Positions 56,816 to 64,000 of a stretch of DNA of 64,000 nt are shown here, piece by piece (position 1 is the first letter of the stretch; each line of letters opens with the position of its first letter). The stretch is from Gemmatimonadota bacterium (GTDB taxonomy: Bacteria > Gemmatimonadota > Gemmatimonadetes > Palauibacterales > Palauibacteraceae), in contig OY762926.1 of NCBI GenBank assembly GCA_963666735.1, positions 3,483,324 to 3,547,323 of the forward strand, in the 5' to 3' direction. Made by a program: the position numbers and the translations under genes. A model generated the notes under the pieces. It did not search any database, was not told the DNA's origin, and worked only from the letters and a program-made list of their open reading frames with translations.

Positions 56816-58174
56816 TCAGGGTTGCTGGTCGAGCCTCCGGCCGAGGAGGGCCTCGATCGTTGCGACCGCGGCTTCGTAGTCGAAGCGCCGTGAGACGAGA
56901 TCGATCTCCGACTGCGTGAACGTGATCTGCGCGTCCTGGAGCTCGAGAATGGTGGCGAGCCCGAGCTGGTAGCGCTCCTGGACGACCCGGAGGCTTTCCT
57001 CGCTGAGTTCGACGTTCTGCTCCGCCAAGTCCACGCCCGCGAGCGCGGACTGCGCCGTCGCGTAGCGCGCGTCGAGCAGCGAGCTGAGGTTCAGCCGCGC
57101 CGCCCGTTCGGCCTGCCGGGCCTGGTCGGCCGTGGCCTGGGCGCGGAACACCTGAGTCTCGCGCTGGAAGCCGTTGAAGAGGGGATAACTGCCGGTGAGT
57201 CCGATCGACCACGAACGGTTGGAGGGCGGGAACTCCTGATTCGCCCACCCGTAGCCGCCATTGAGGGAGATGGTCGGCAGGTAGCTGGAGCGCGCACCCG
57301 ACACCGCCGCCTCCGCCGCCTCGACGGCCACGGAGGCCGCCTGAAGCCCGGGAGCCGAGACATCGGCGATGGCAAACAACTCGTCACGCGTAAAGGGGAT
57401 CTCGGTCACGGCGAGTTCCGCCTCGGCGGTCGGCCCCACGAGGGTCTCGGAGCCGATGACCTCGGTGAGCTCGAAGGTCCGGGTGCGCGCGTTGTTCCGG
57501 GCGTTCAGCAGCGCGAGTTGCGCGTTGTTGAGGTCGACCTGCGAGCGGAGGGAGTCCGAGCGCGTCGCCCGTCCCAGCTCCAATTGCTGCCTGACGAACT
57601 CGAGCTGGTCCGCCTGCCGCTGCACGCGGCGCTCCTCCACGGCGACGAGGTCGCGAGTGGCGACGGCCGCCGCGTAGGCCTGTTTCACCGCCTGCATGAC
57701 CTGGAACTCGGCCTCGCGATAGCGCGCGTTCTGTTCGACCACGCCGAGGCGGGCGCTCTTCAGGTTCGAGAATCGGCCCCAGCCGTCGAAGAGCGTGTAA
57801 CCGGCGTTGATCCGCGTGGAGTAGCTCGTTGCGGCGAAGCCCTGGTTGAGGGCATCAAGACGGCCCGTGGAGGAGTTCGAGTAGCTGAACGAAGCGCTCA
57901 CTCCGGGGAGGAGCGCCCCATAGGCGCTCAGCCGGTTGTGCTCGGCCATCTCGATCGCCGAGAAGGCCTGGAGCAGCCCGGGGTTGCGGCGCAGCGCGAT
58001 CTCGACGGCTTCGTCGACCGTGATCTGGCGAGCGTTGTCGCTCGCCTGCACCTGCGCCTCGGCCATCCCCGGCGAAACCGCCGCAAGCAGCACCGCCGGC
58101 AGCAGGACCCACCCCCACCGACAAAGACCGGCTCTCGGCCGGCCTCCGCACCCTGATCTATGTCTAATGGTCAT
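56816..58174 (-). CDS. TolC-family outer membrane efflux protein
   Basis: Signal peptide and two tandem OEP repeats (e.g. AVEIALRRNPGLLQA...). Confidence 0.82.
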   Translation of the reverse strand: MTIRHRSGCGGRPRAGLCRWGWVLLPAVLLAAVSPGMAEAQVQASDNARQITVDEAVEIALRRNPGLLQAFSAIEMAEHNRLSAYGALLPGVSASFSYSNSSTGRLDALNQGFAATSYSTRINAGYTLFDGWGRFSNLKSARLGVVEQNARYREAEFQVMQAVKQAYAAAVATRDLVAVEERRVQRQADQLEFVRQQLELGRATRSDSLRSQVDLNNAQLALLNARNNARTRTFELTEVIGSETLVGPTAEAELAVTEIPFTRDELFAIADVSAPGLQAASVAVEAAEAAVSGARSSYLPTISLNGGYGWANQEFPPSNRSWSIGLTGSYPLFNGFQRETQVFRAQATADQARQAERAARLNLSSLLDARYATAQSALAGVDLAEQNVELSEESLRVVQERYQLGLATILELQDAQITFTQSEIDLVSRRFDYEAAVATIEALLGRRLDQQP

Positions 58175-58215
58175 CGTTTCCTCGCCCCCGGAGGGGGCCG
58201 GTTGACGTCTCTCTG

Positions 58216-58680
58216 TTATCCGTCGTTCCGCTGCGGGTCGTCGCGCCCCTGGGACTCCCGCTCACCGCCGCGCTCTCGCCCGTCGCCGTAGCGTTGTCGC
58301 AGCAACTCCCGATAGTCCTCACCCTGCTCCTCCGTCAGCACCGACTCGATCCGGGTCCGGACCGAATCCATCAACGTCCGGTAGCCCCCCCGCATCGTCC
58401 GCACTCCGTCGCGGTAGTGATCGAGGAAGTTCTCGATCTGCGACCGCTGGTCGGCCGTCAAGCCAAGTTCATCGGCGAACTGCTCGATCGTGGTCTGCCG
58501 CCCCCGCGGTCCGCCATCGCGCTCCCGCGTCTCCGAGGGCGCAGTCTGCGCCACCGGTTCGCCCGCGACTGCGTCCGCGAACAGATCGAGGCGGTCCGCC
58601 GCCACGCCGACCGCGGCGCCCGCCGCGAAGACGAGCGCGAGGAGCAGGATCGCCCGCAATCTCGAAGTGTCCATACGCAC
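58216..58680 (-). CDS. Membrane-anchored periplasmic Spy/CpxP-like protein (LTXXQ motifs)
   Basis: N-terminal anchor (LRAILLLALVFAAGAAVGV) and two LTXXQ motifs (LTADQRSQI, LTEEQGEDY). Confidence 0.6.
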   Translation of the reverse strand: MRMDTSRLRAILLLALVFAAGAAVGVAADRLDLFADAVAGEPVAQTAPSETRERDGGPRGRQTTIEQFADELGLTADQRSQIENFLDHYRDGVRTMRGGYRTLMDSVRTRIESVLTEEQGEDYRELLRQRYGDGRERGGERESQGRDDPQRNDG

Positions 58681-58705
58681 CCGGTTCGTGTCGCGTTTCA
58701 GCGAG

Positions 58706-59116
58706 TTACGGATTGATGAGCGCGGCCGTCAGCACCGCGTCGCGACTCGGCTCGACCAGGTCGATGAGCAGCGCGGGCGGGGCTTCGGCGTCTGCCGCCA
58801 GCGACCGCACCAGCCCGACCGGCTCCGGATCCGCGTCCGCGGCGAACTCGGGCGCGTCCGGCACGGAGATGCGGTACAACAGAGCGCCAGCCGCCACGAG
58901 CAGTCCGGCGGCCAGCGGCGCCAGCGCCGCGGACCAGCTTGCCGTCACGTCGAGCCAGGAGAGGGGCCGCCGCTCGAGCAGCGCTTCCGCCGCGGCCATG
59001 ACGCTCCGGCGCACGCGCCGCCGCGTGAGTTCATCGGGCCGCAGGGGCTCGAGGTATTCGGCCCACGCAGGCCCGCGCCCGCCGTTCCGATTTCCATCTC
59101 TCCTATTCATCCTCAT
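58706..59116 (-). CDS. Putative anti-sigma factor (single-pass membrane protein)
   Basis: The ATG at 59116 overlaps the sigma gene's 3' end by 14 nt. One TM segment (ALAPLAAGLLVAAGALLY). The call rests on position and topology only. Confidence 0.5.
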   Translation of the reverse strand: MRMNRRDGNRNGGRGPAWAEYLEPLRPDELTRRRVRRSVMAAAEALLERRPLSWLDVTASWSAALAPLAAGLLVAAGALLYRISVPDAPEFAADADPEPVGLVRSLAADAEAPPALLIDLVEPSRDAVLTAALINP

Positions 59117-59762
59117 CTGCTCCTCCGGCGCCGGACGCGCCCGCTTCGCCGAGAATCCGGCGCAGCGCGTGCCTGCCGTGATGAAGGTTCGCCCTCGAAG
59201 TTCCGACCGCGATCCCGAGGATCTTCGCAATCTCCGCGTGGTCGTAGCCTTCGAGGTCGTACATCATGACCGCCGTTCTCTGCCGTTCCGGAAGCTGCGC
59301 GAGCGCGTCGAGCACCCGTTCCCGAGCGTGCCTCCGCTCGAATTCACGATGCGGGTCATCCCGCGACGCCGCCGTGTCCGTCAGCTCCGAGTGCGTCCGC
59401 AGCAACTCACGCCGCCGGAGGTTGAGGCACGTACTCCGCAGCACGCGATAGAACCACGGACCGAAACGGCTTCCCGGCCGCAACTGCCCGATCCGCTCGA
59501 GCGCGCGAATGAACGCGGCCTGCAGGGCGTCTTCCGCGTCCTGCTCGTGGCGCAGAATCGACAGCGCCACCGCGTAGGCCGGGTCCGTGTATCTCGTCAC
59601 GAACAGCGAAAACGCCCGCGAGTCGCCGGCCTGCACGGCCTCGACGAGGCCAGGCTCGTCCGCGCCGGGATCCGGCGGCTCCGCAGGTCCGGAACCGGGG
59701 CCGGCCGAGTCGACCGGCGATCCGTTCCGCGTTCGCGTTTCCTCCGCCAAAGACATCCCCAT
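59103..59762 (-). CDS. ECF-type sigma-70 family RNA polymerase sigma factor
   Basis: Region 2 (FSLFVTRYTDPAYAVALSILRHEQDAEDALQAAFIRA) and region 4 (LPERQRTAVMMYDLEGYDHAEIAKILGIAVGTSRANLHHGR). Confidence 0.85.
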   Translation of the reverse strand: MGMSLAEETRTRNGSPVDSAGPGSGPAEPPDPGADEPGLVEAVQAGDSRAFSLFVTRYTDPAYAVALSILRHEQDAEDALQAAFIRALERIGQLRPGSRFGPWFYRVLRSTCLNLRRRELLRTHSELTDTAASRDDPHREFERRHARERVLDALAQLPERQRTAVMMYDLEGYDHAEIAKILGIAVGTSRANLHHGRHALRRILGEAGASGAGGADEDE

Positions 59763-59953
59763 CGCTTGAGTAACACGCCCTCGATGCCGGCCGTTGCACC
59801 GGCTCCCGCCGGCGTTTGCCCCGGCGCTTGTTCCTTCACCGTGGCCGTCGCATCTTCGGCTCCGTGAACAACGAAACGCAAGCCCGGCCCGCCGCCGCCG
59901 AAACGCCCGACCGAGCCCACGCTCTGGCCGGCCGAACGCTCATCCAGGAACGC

Positions 59954-60412
59954 ATGCGCGGCATGCGAAAAGTCGTGGGGCGGAGGCTCTCGCCCCGTGA
60001 CATCGTCCTCAGGAAGGCGTCTCCCGAAGTGCGGCGCCATCTCTTCGAGGAAGCGTGCGAGCTGTACTGGAACGAGATGAGCTGGGAGGAGATCACCGAA
60101 GAGGAACTCATCGGAGACGAGGAACTCACGGAGATGATCTTCCCCGGGCTGCTCGCGCTCATCGACGCGTTTCTTCCCCGGGCTCCGAACGGGGAGCCGG
60201 ACCGCGACCGCGAGCACCGCGAGGTCGTACACGACTTTCTGGATTGGCTGGCCGCCCGGCTCGTGACGCTGCGCGAGGCGCGACCCGCCGCCGAGGATGC
60301 GCGGGCGCGGAACCTCCGCCAGAAGAACGTGACCGACGCCCTCATCGACCTCGTCGCGTTTCGCGCGTGCGCACTGACTTCCGACGAGATCGAGACCTAC
60401 CAGAACGCCTGA
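59954..60412 (+). CDS. Hypothetical protein
   Basis: Coding-like codon bias and an acidic helical sequence (ELYWNEMSWEEITEEELIGDEELTEMIFPGLL). The start is uncertain within ORF 59816-60412. Confidence 0.45.
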   Translation: MRGMRKVVGRRLSPRDIVLRKASPEVRRHLFEEACELYWNEMSWEEITEEELIGDEELTEMIFPGLLALIDAFLPRAPNGEPDRDREHREVVHDFLDWLAARLVTLREARPAAEDARARNLRQKNVTDALIDLVAFRACALTSDEIETYQNA

Positions 60413-60433
60413 TTCCCTTCGAAGACAAGACGG

Positions 60434-61183
60434 ATGAATACGATCGTCTGCATGAAACGCGTGCCGGACTCGGCCACGAGGGTGAGAGTGACGCCCGACG
60501 GCGCGGGACTGGACCCGGCCGGCGTCAAGTACGTCGTGAACCCGTACGACGAGTTCGCGCTTGAGGATGCGATCCGCCGCAAGGAAGAGGCGGGGGAAGG
60601 GAAGGTGACGGTCGTCGCGCTCGGCCCCCCCGAGACCGCCGAATCGATCCGCCAGGCGCTCGCGATGGGGGCGGATGAGGGCGTGCTGCTCGTGTGCGCG
60701 GGTTCGCACGACGCGCTCTCCGTGGCGCGGGCGCTTGCTGATGAGATCCGGGACCGCGAGGTCGATCTCGTGCTGTTCGGGAAGCAGGCGATCGATGACG
60801 ACAACATGCAGATCCCGCAGATGGTGGCCGAGTTCCTGGACCTCCCGTGCGCGACCGTCGTCGTCGGCCTCGAGATCGCGGGAAGGGAGGCGATGGCGCG
60901 CCGCGAGGTCGAAGGCGGTCACGAGGTCGTCGAATTCTCGCTGCCCGCCGTCGTGTCCACGCAGAAGGGGCTCAACGAGCCGCGGTATCCGAGCCTCAAG
61001 GGGATCATGGCGGCGAAGAGGAAGCCCCTCGAGGAACGGGAAGTGACGCTCGACGCGCCGACCATCGATTTCATCCGCCTCGACGAACCGCCGGCGCCGG
61101 CCGCGGGCCGGATCGTCGGAGAGGGCGTGGGCGCCGTGCCGGAACTGGTGCGGGCGCTGCGCGACGAAGCGGGGGTGCTCTGA
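60434..61183 (+). CDS. etfB: Electron transfer flavoprotein beta subunit
   Basis: MNTIVCMKRVPD...VNPYDEFALEDAIRRKE...FGKQAIDDDNMQIPQMVAEFLDLP. Confidence 0.9.
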   Translation: MNTIVCMKRVPDSATRVRVTPDGAGLDPAGVKYVVNPYDEFALEDAIRRKEEAGEGKVTVVALGPPETAESIRQALAMGADEGVLLVCAGSHDALSVARALADEIRDREVDLVLFGKQAIDDDNMQIPQMVAEFLDLPCATVVVGLEIAGREAMARREVEGGHEVVEFSLPAVVSTQKGLNEPRYPSLKGIMAAKRKPLEEREVTLDAPTIDFIRLDEPPAPAAGRIVGEGVGAVPELVRALRDEAGVL

Positions 61184-62166
61184 TGCCCGGGGCGCTGGCG
61201 TACGCCGAGATCCGGGCAGGCGCGGTGAGCCGGGCTTCGCGGGAGGCGGTCGGGCTCGCGCGGCGGATCGCCGCCGACGTCGGAGGGGAGACCCACGTCG
61301 TCGCGCTCGGTCCTCCCGGAACGGAGGAGGCGGCCGCGCAACTCGCCGGCTTCGGCGCCGACCGCACCTGGGTCGGCGAGTCGGAGGCTCTCGCGCTGTG
61401 TCAGCCGGACATCGCCGCGGCGGCCATTGCCCGGCTCGTCGAGGCGGGGGACTACGACGCCGTGATTTTCGCGGCTACCGCTCAGGGGAGAGACATCGCC
61501 CCCCGCGTCGGCGCGCGGCTCGGGCGGAGCGTGGCCTCGGAAATCATCGAGTGCCGGCGGGAGGACGGCGCCATCGTCGTGCGTCGGCCCATGTACGCCG
61601 GGAAAGCGATCGCGACCCTTCGCTTCACCCCGGGCCCGGCCGTGATGACGATCCGGGCCAACGTCTTCGCGCCGGTCGAGGAGGGCGCGGCGGGGGAGAT
61701 GTCGAGCCTGGATATCGAGAGCTTCGACGGCCGGGCGCGGACGGCCGCCCTCGAGCAGGGGGACCGCGACCGCCTCGACGTGAGCGAGGCGACGACCATC
61801 GTTTCGGGCGGCCGCGGGATGCAGGGGCCGGAGCACTGGCTGCTGCTCGAGGCGCTGGTTGAAGCGCTGGGCGACGAGGCGGCGCTCGGCGCGAGCCGGG
61901 CGGTGGTGGACGCGGGCTGGCGGCCGCACGGCGAGCAGGTGGGCCAGACCGGCAAGACCGTGTCGCCAAACCTGTACTTCGCGGTCGGGATCAGCGGAGC
62001 GATCCAGCACCTGGCCGGGATGCGCACGGCCAAGGTCATCGTGGCGATCAACCGCGATGCGGACGCGCCGATTTTCGGGGTGGCGGACTACGGTCTCGTG
62101 GGGGACGTGTTCGAGGTGCTGCCCGCGCTCACGCAGGCGGTTCGCGAAGCCCGCCAGGGCGATTGA
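61183..62166 (+). CDS. etfA: Electron transfer flavoprotein alpha subunit
   Basis: The ATG overlaps the etfB stop. C-terminal FAD-binding region VGQTGKTVSPNLYFAVGISGAIQHLAGM...IVAINRDADAPIF. Confidence 0.9.
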   Translation: MPGALAYAEIRAGAVSRASREAVGLARRIAADVGGETHVVALGPPGTEEAAAQLAGFGADRTWVGESEALALCQPDIAAAAIARLVEAGDYDAVIFAATAQGRDIAPRVGARLGRSVASEIIECRREDGAIVVRRPMYAGKAIATLRFTPGPAVMTIRANVFAPVEEGAAGEMSSLDIESFDGRARTAALEQGDRDRLDVSEATTIVSGGRGMQGPEHWLLLEALVEALGDEAALGASRAVVDAGWRPHGEQVGQTGKTVSPNLYFAVGISGAIQHLAGMRTAKVIVAINRDADAPIFGVADYGLVGDVFEVLPALTQAVREARQGD

Positions 62167-62182
62167 GTCCGGATCGACCGGC

Positions 62183-63223
62183 ATGAGTCTCCGGGCCGTA
62201 CGCGAGGACATCGTGCGTTGGGCGAAGCAGGGCGATCCGATCGCCATGGCGACGCTCATCGCCGTGCGCCGTTCGGCTCCGCTGCCGCCGGGCGCGCGGT
62301 TCGCGATCTCGGCCGCCGGGGAGCTGAGCGGCTCGATATCGAGCGGGTGCGTGGAGGGCGACCTGCACGAACGGCTCTCCGCGCTGCTGGGCGGCGGCGC
62401 GCCGGCCTCCGTCACGTACGGGATCACGGACGAGATGGCCGCGGGCGTGGGCCTCTCCTGCGGCGGGGAGATCGACGTCCTGCTCGACCACTACGATCCC
62501 GGCGACCCCGTCTGGCACCGCCTCTGGCAGCTCCGGGAGGCCGGCGCCCCCGGCGTCCTCCTCACCGGCGCGGCGCCGCCCACGCGCTCGCGGCAACTCC
62601 TGCTCGAACCGAACCGGTCGCTGGGAACGCTCGGGTCCCCCGAACTGGACCGGGCGGCCCGTTCCCGCGCCGACGATTGGCTCGGCCGGACCGACGCCCG
62701 GGCCGTCGAACTCGTGCGGGACGATCCGGACAGCCTCGTCTTCGTCGAATCCTTCGTCCCGCCGCCGCGGCTCGTCATTGTGGGGGCGACCCCGATCGGG
62801 CATGCGCTGTGCGCCATGGCGCACCGAACTGGCTTCGAGGTCGTGGTCGTGGATCCGCGCGAGGCCTTCCTGCGGCCGGAGCGGTTTCCGGACGCCGCGT
62901 CGCTCGATCCGCGCTGGCCCGACGAAGCGATGGCCGCGCTCGATCTCGACCCCCGAACCAGCATCGTCATCCTCACGCACGACGAGAAGCTGGATGAGCC
63001 CGCGCTGGAGACGGCGCTCGCTTCCCGCTGCGGCTACATCGGTCTCCTCGGCGGACGCCGGACGCAGGAGCAACGTCGAGCGGCGCTTCTCGCGCGAGGA
63101 CTGGACGAGGCGGCATGCGACCGCATCCACGGTCCGGTCGGGCTGCGTATCGGCGCCCGCTCGCCTGAGCAGATCGCTGTCTCCATCCTCGCGCAGCTCG
63201 TCGCCCTCGAACGGGCGCCCTGA
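62183..63223 (+). CDS. XdhC/CoxI-family accessory protein
   Basis: N-terminal XdhC_CoxI pattern (ATLIAVRRSAPLPPGARFAISAAGELSGSISSGCVEGD) and a C-terminal Rossmann-like LVIVGATPIGHAL. Confidence 0.78.
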   Translation: MSLRAVREDIVRWAKQGDPIAMATLIAVRRSAPLPPGARFAISAAGELSGSISSGCVEGDLHERLSALLGGGAPASVTYGITDEMAAGVGLSCGGEIDVLLDHYDPGDPVWHRLWQLREAGAPGVLLTGAAPPTRSRQLLLEPNRSLGTLGSPELDRAARSRADDWLGRTDARAVELVRDDPDSLVFVESFVPPPRLVIVGATPIGHALCAMAHRTGFEVVVVDPREAFLRPERFPDAASLDPRWPDEAMAALDLDPRTSIVILTHDEKLDEPALETALASRCGYIGLLGGRRTQEQRRAALLARGLDEAACDRIHGPVGLRIGARSPEQIAVSILAQLVALERAP

Positions 63224-63252
63224 CGCCCGCGCGGGGTCGCGCCGCGCCGATC

Positions 63253-64000
63253 TCAGTCGCGCGTGCGCCGGATCTTCCAGCGGTCCACCACGCGTCGCCC
63301 CCGCACGACCTCGAAGTAGTCGAAGTGAGCGACCGTGAGGCAGGCGTGATTCGGAAGGACCCGGACCCTCTCACCGACGGCGAACCGCCCGGACAGGCGC
63401 CCGTGTTCCTGGCTCACCGAGGTCAGGCGATGGTCGCTCAGTGCTCCTCCCGGTGCTCCTCCCGGTGCTCCTCCGGACGCGTCGCGGAAGAGGCGGCCGT
63501 AGTGAGGGGGGTCGTCCGGCCCCACATCCTTGGACAGGGCGAGCGCGCCACAGTCCGCGATCGCGCCGTCGGATCCGTCGCGCGCGGAGACGACCGTCGC
63601 GAGCACCGTGACGGCGCAGTCGCTCACCGCGCACGATCCCAGCCGCGTCTGCGTGTAATCGTAGAGCGCGTAGTTCCCCGGCCGCGCCTCGTCGATCCCC
63701 TCCAGCGTCGCGACGCGGCTCATGCCCGGAGTCGAGCCGAGCGAGAGCACCCCCGGCTCGATCCCCGCCGCGCGGAGCGCCCGCCCCGTTTCGACCATTG
63801 CGCGTCGCTCCTCCTCCGCCAGCGCGGCGATGGCGGAGGGCGAATCCGCGCCGTAGGTGTGGCCGGCGTGCGTCAGGCAGCCGCCCAGCGCGAGCCGGCC
63901 CGCGCGTGAGATCCGCCTTGCGATCTCGACGACCCGGCCGCCGTCGTACGGGATGCCGGAGCGCCCATAGCCACAGTCGATTTCCAGCCATACCGAAAAG
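63253..64000 (-). CDS. D-threonine aldolase / D-serine dehydratase-like (DSD1/D-TA family) PLP enzyme; C-terminal part, open to the window end
   Basis: The frame stays open upstream of the track start. It reads ...VWLEIDCGYGRSGI...THAGHTYG...PGNYALYDY...VLPNHACLTVAHFDYFEVVRGRRVVDRW. Confidence 0.75.
   Translation of the reverse strand, partial: FSVWLEIDCGYGRSGIPYDGGRVVEIARRISRAGRLALGGCLTHAGHTYGADSPSAIAALAEEERRAMVETGRALRAAGIEPGVLSLGSTPGMSRVATLEGIDEARPGNYALYDYTQTRLGSCAVSDCAVTVLATVVSARDGSDGAIADCGALALSKDVGPDDPPHYGRLFRDASGGAPGGAPGGALSDHRLTSVSQEHGRLSGRFAVGERVRVLPNHACLTVAHFDYFEVVRGRRVVDRWKIRRTRD
63441..63476. repeat. In-frame 12-nt tandem repeat (GTGCTCCTCCCG x2 plus one imperfect copy)
   Basis: Read directly. 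It encodes GGAPGGAPGGA inside the D-TA family gene. Confidence 0.75.

Overview
This is a very GC-rich bacterial chromosomal segment (I estimate high-60s % GC, not computed). It comes from a diderm organism, since it carries LptF/LptG, an MsbA-like exporter, an LpxL-family acyltransferase, TolC and a TonB-dependent receptor. A PorX-type response regulator, GxGPGEY-motif propeller-like lipoproteins, thyX and a small conserved protein I recall from Bacteroidota-type genomes weakly suggest the FCB superphylum, for example Gemmatimonadota; that is inference only.

Most of the window is densely packed core genes: ilvA, gmd, an LPS/lipid A operon, recF-DUF721-gyrB, glpK, thyX, gyrA, rho, ssb, etfBA, and thiolase/hbd. 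Most long ORFs in the six-frame track are antisense or off-frame shadows typical of high-GC DNA. I chose the frame that shows recognisable motifs and G/C-rich third codon positions.

Non-routine content:
- a cobalamin riboswitch ahead of a receptor cut by the window edge (neither is in the ORF track)
- an IS1380-family insertion with CTAG flanks exactly at the thiolase stop codon, abutting a 167-bp palindromic element
- an old tandem duplication of a lipoprotein gene that left a glpK 5' remnant and a full-length glpK with no canonical start codon
- a PorX-like regulator packed inside the LPS operon
- a long same-strand cluster: ECF sigma, anti-sigma, CpxP-like protein, TolC, adaptor, FtsX permease, small conserved protein, patatin, SbcD-like nuclease, and a YhaN-like ATPase with a membrane hairpin at its coiled-coil apex

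All functional calls rest on motif recognition by eye. No database search was run.
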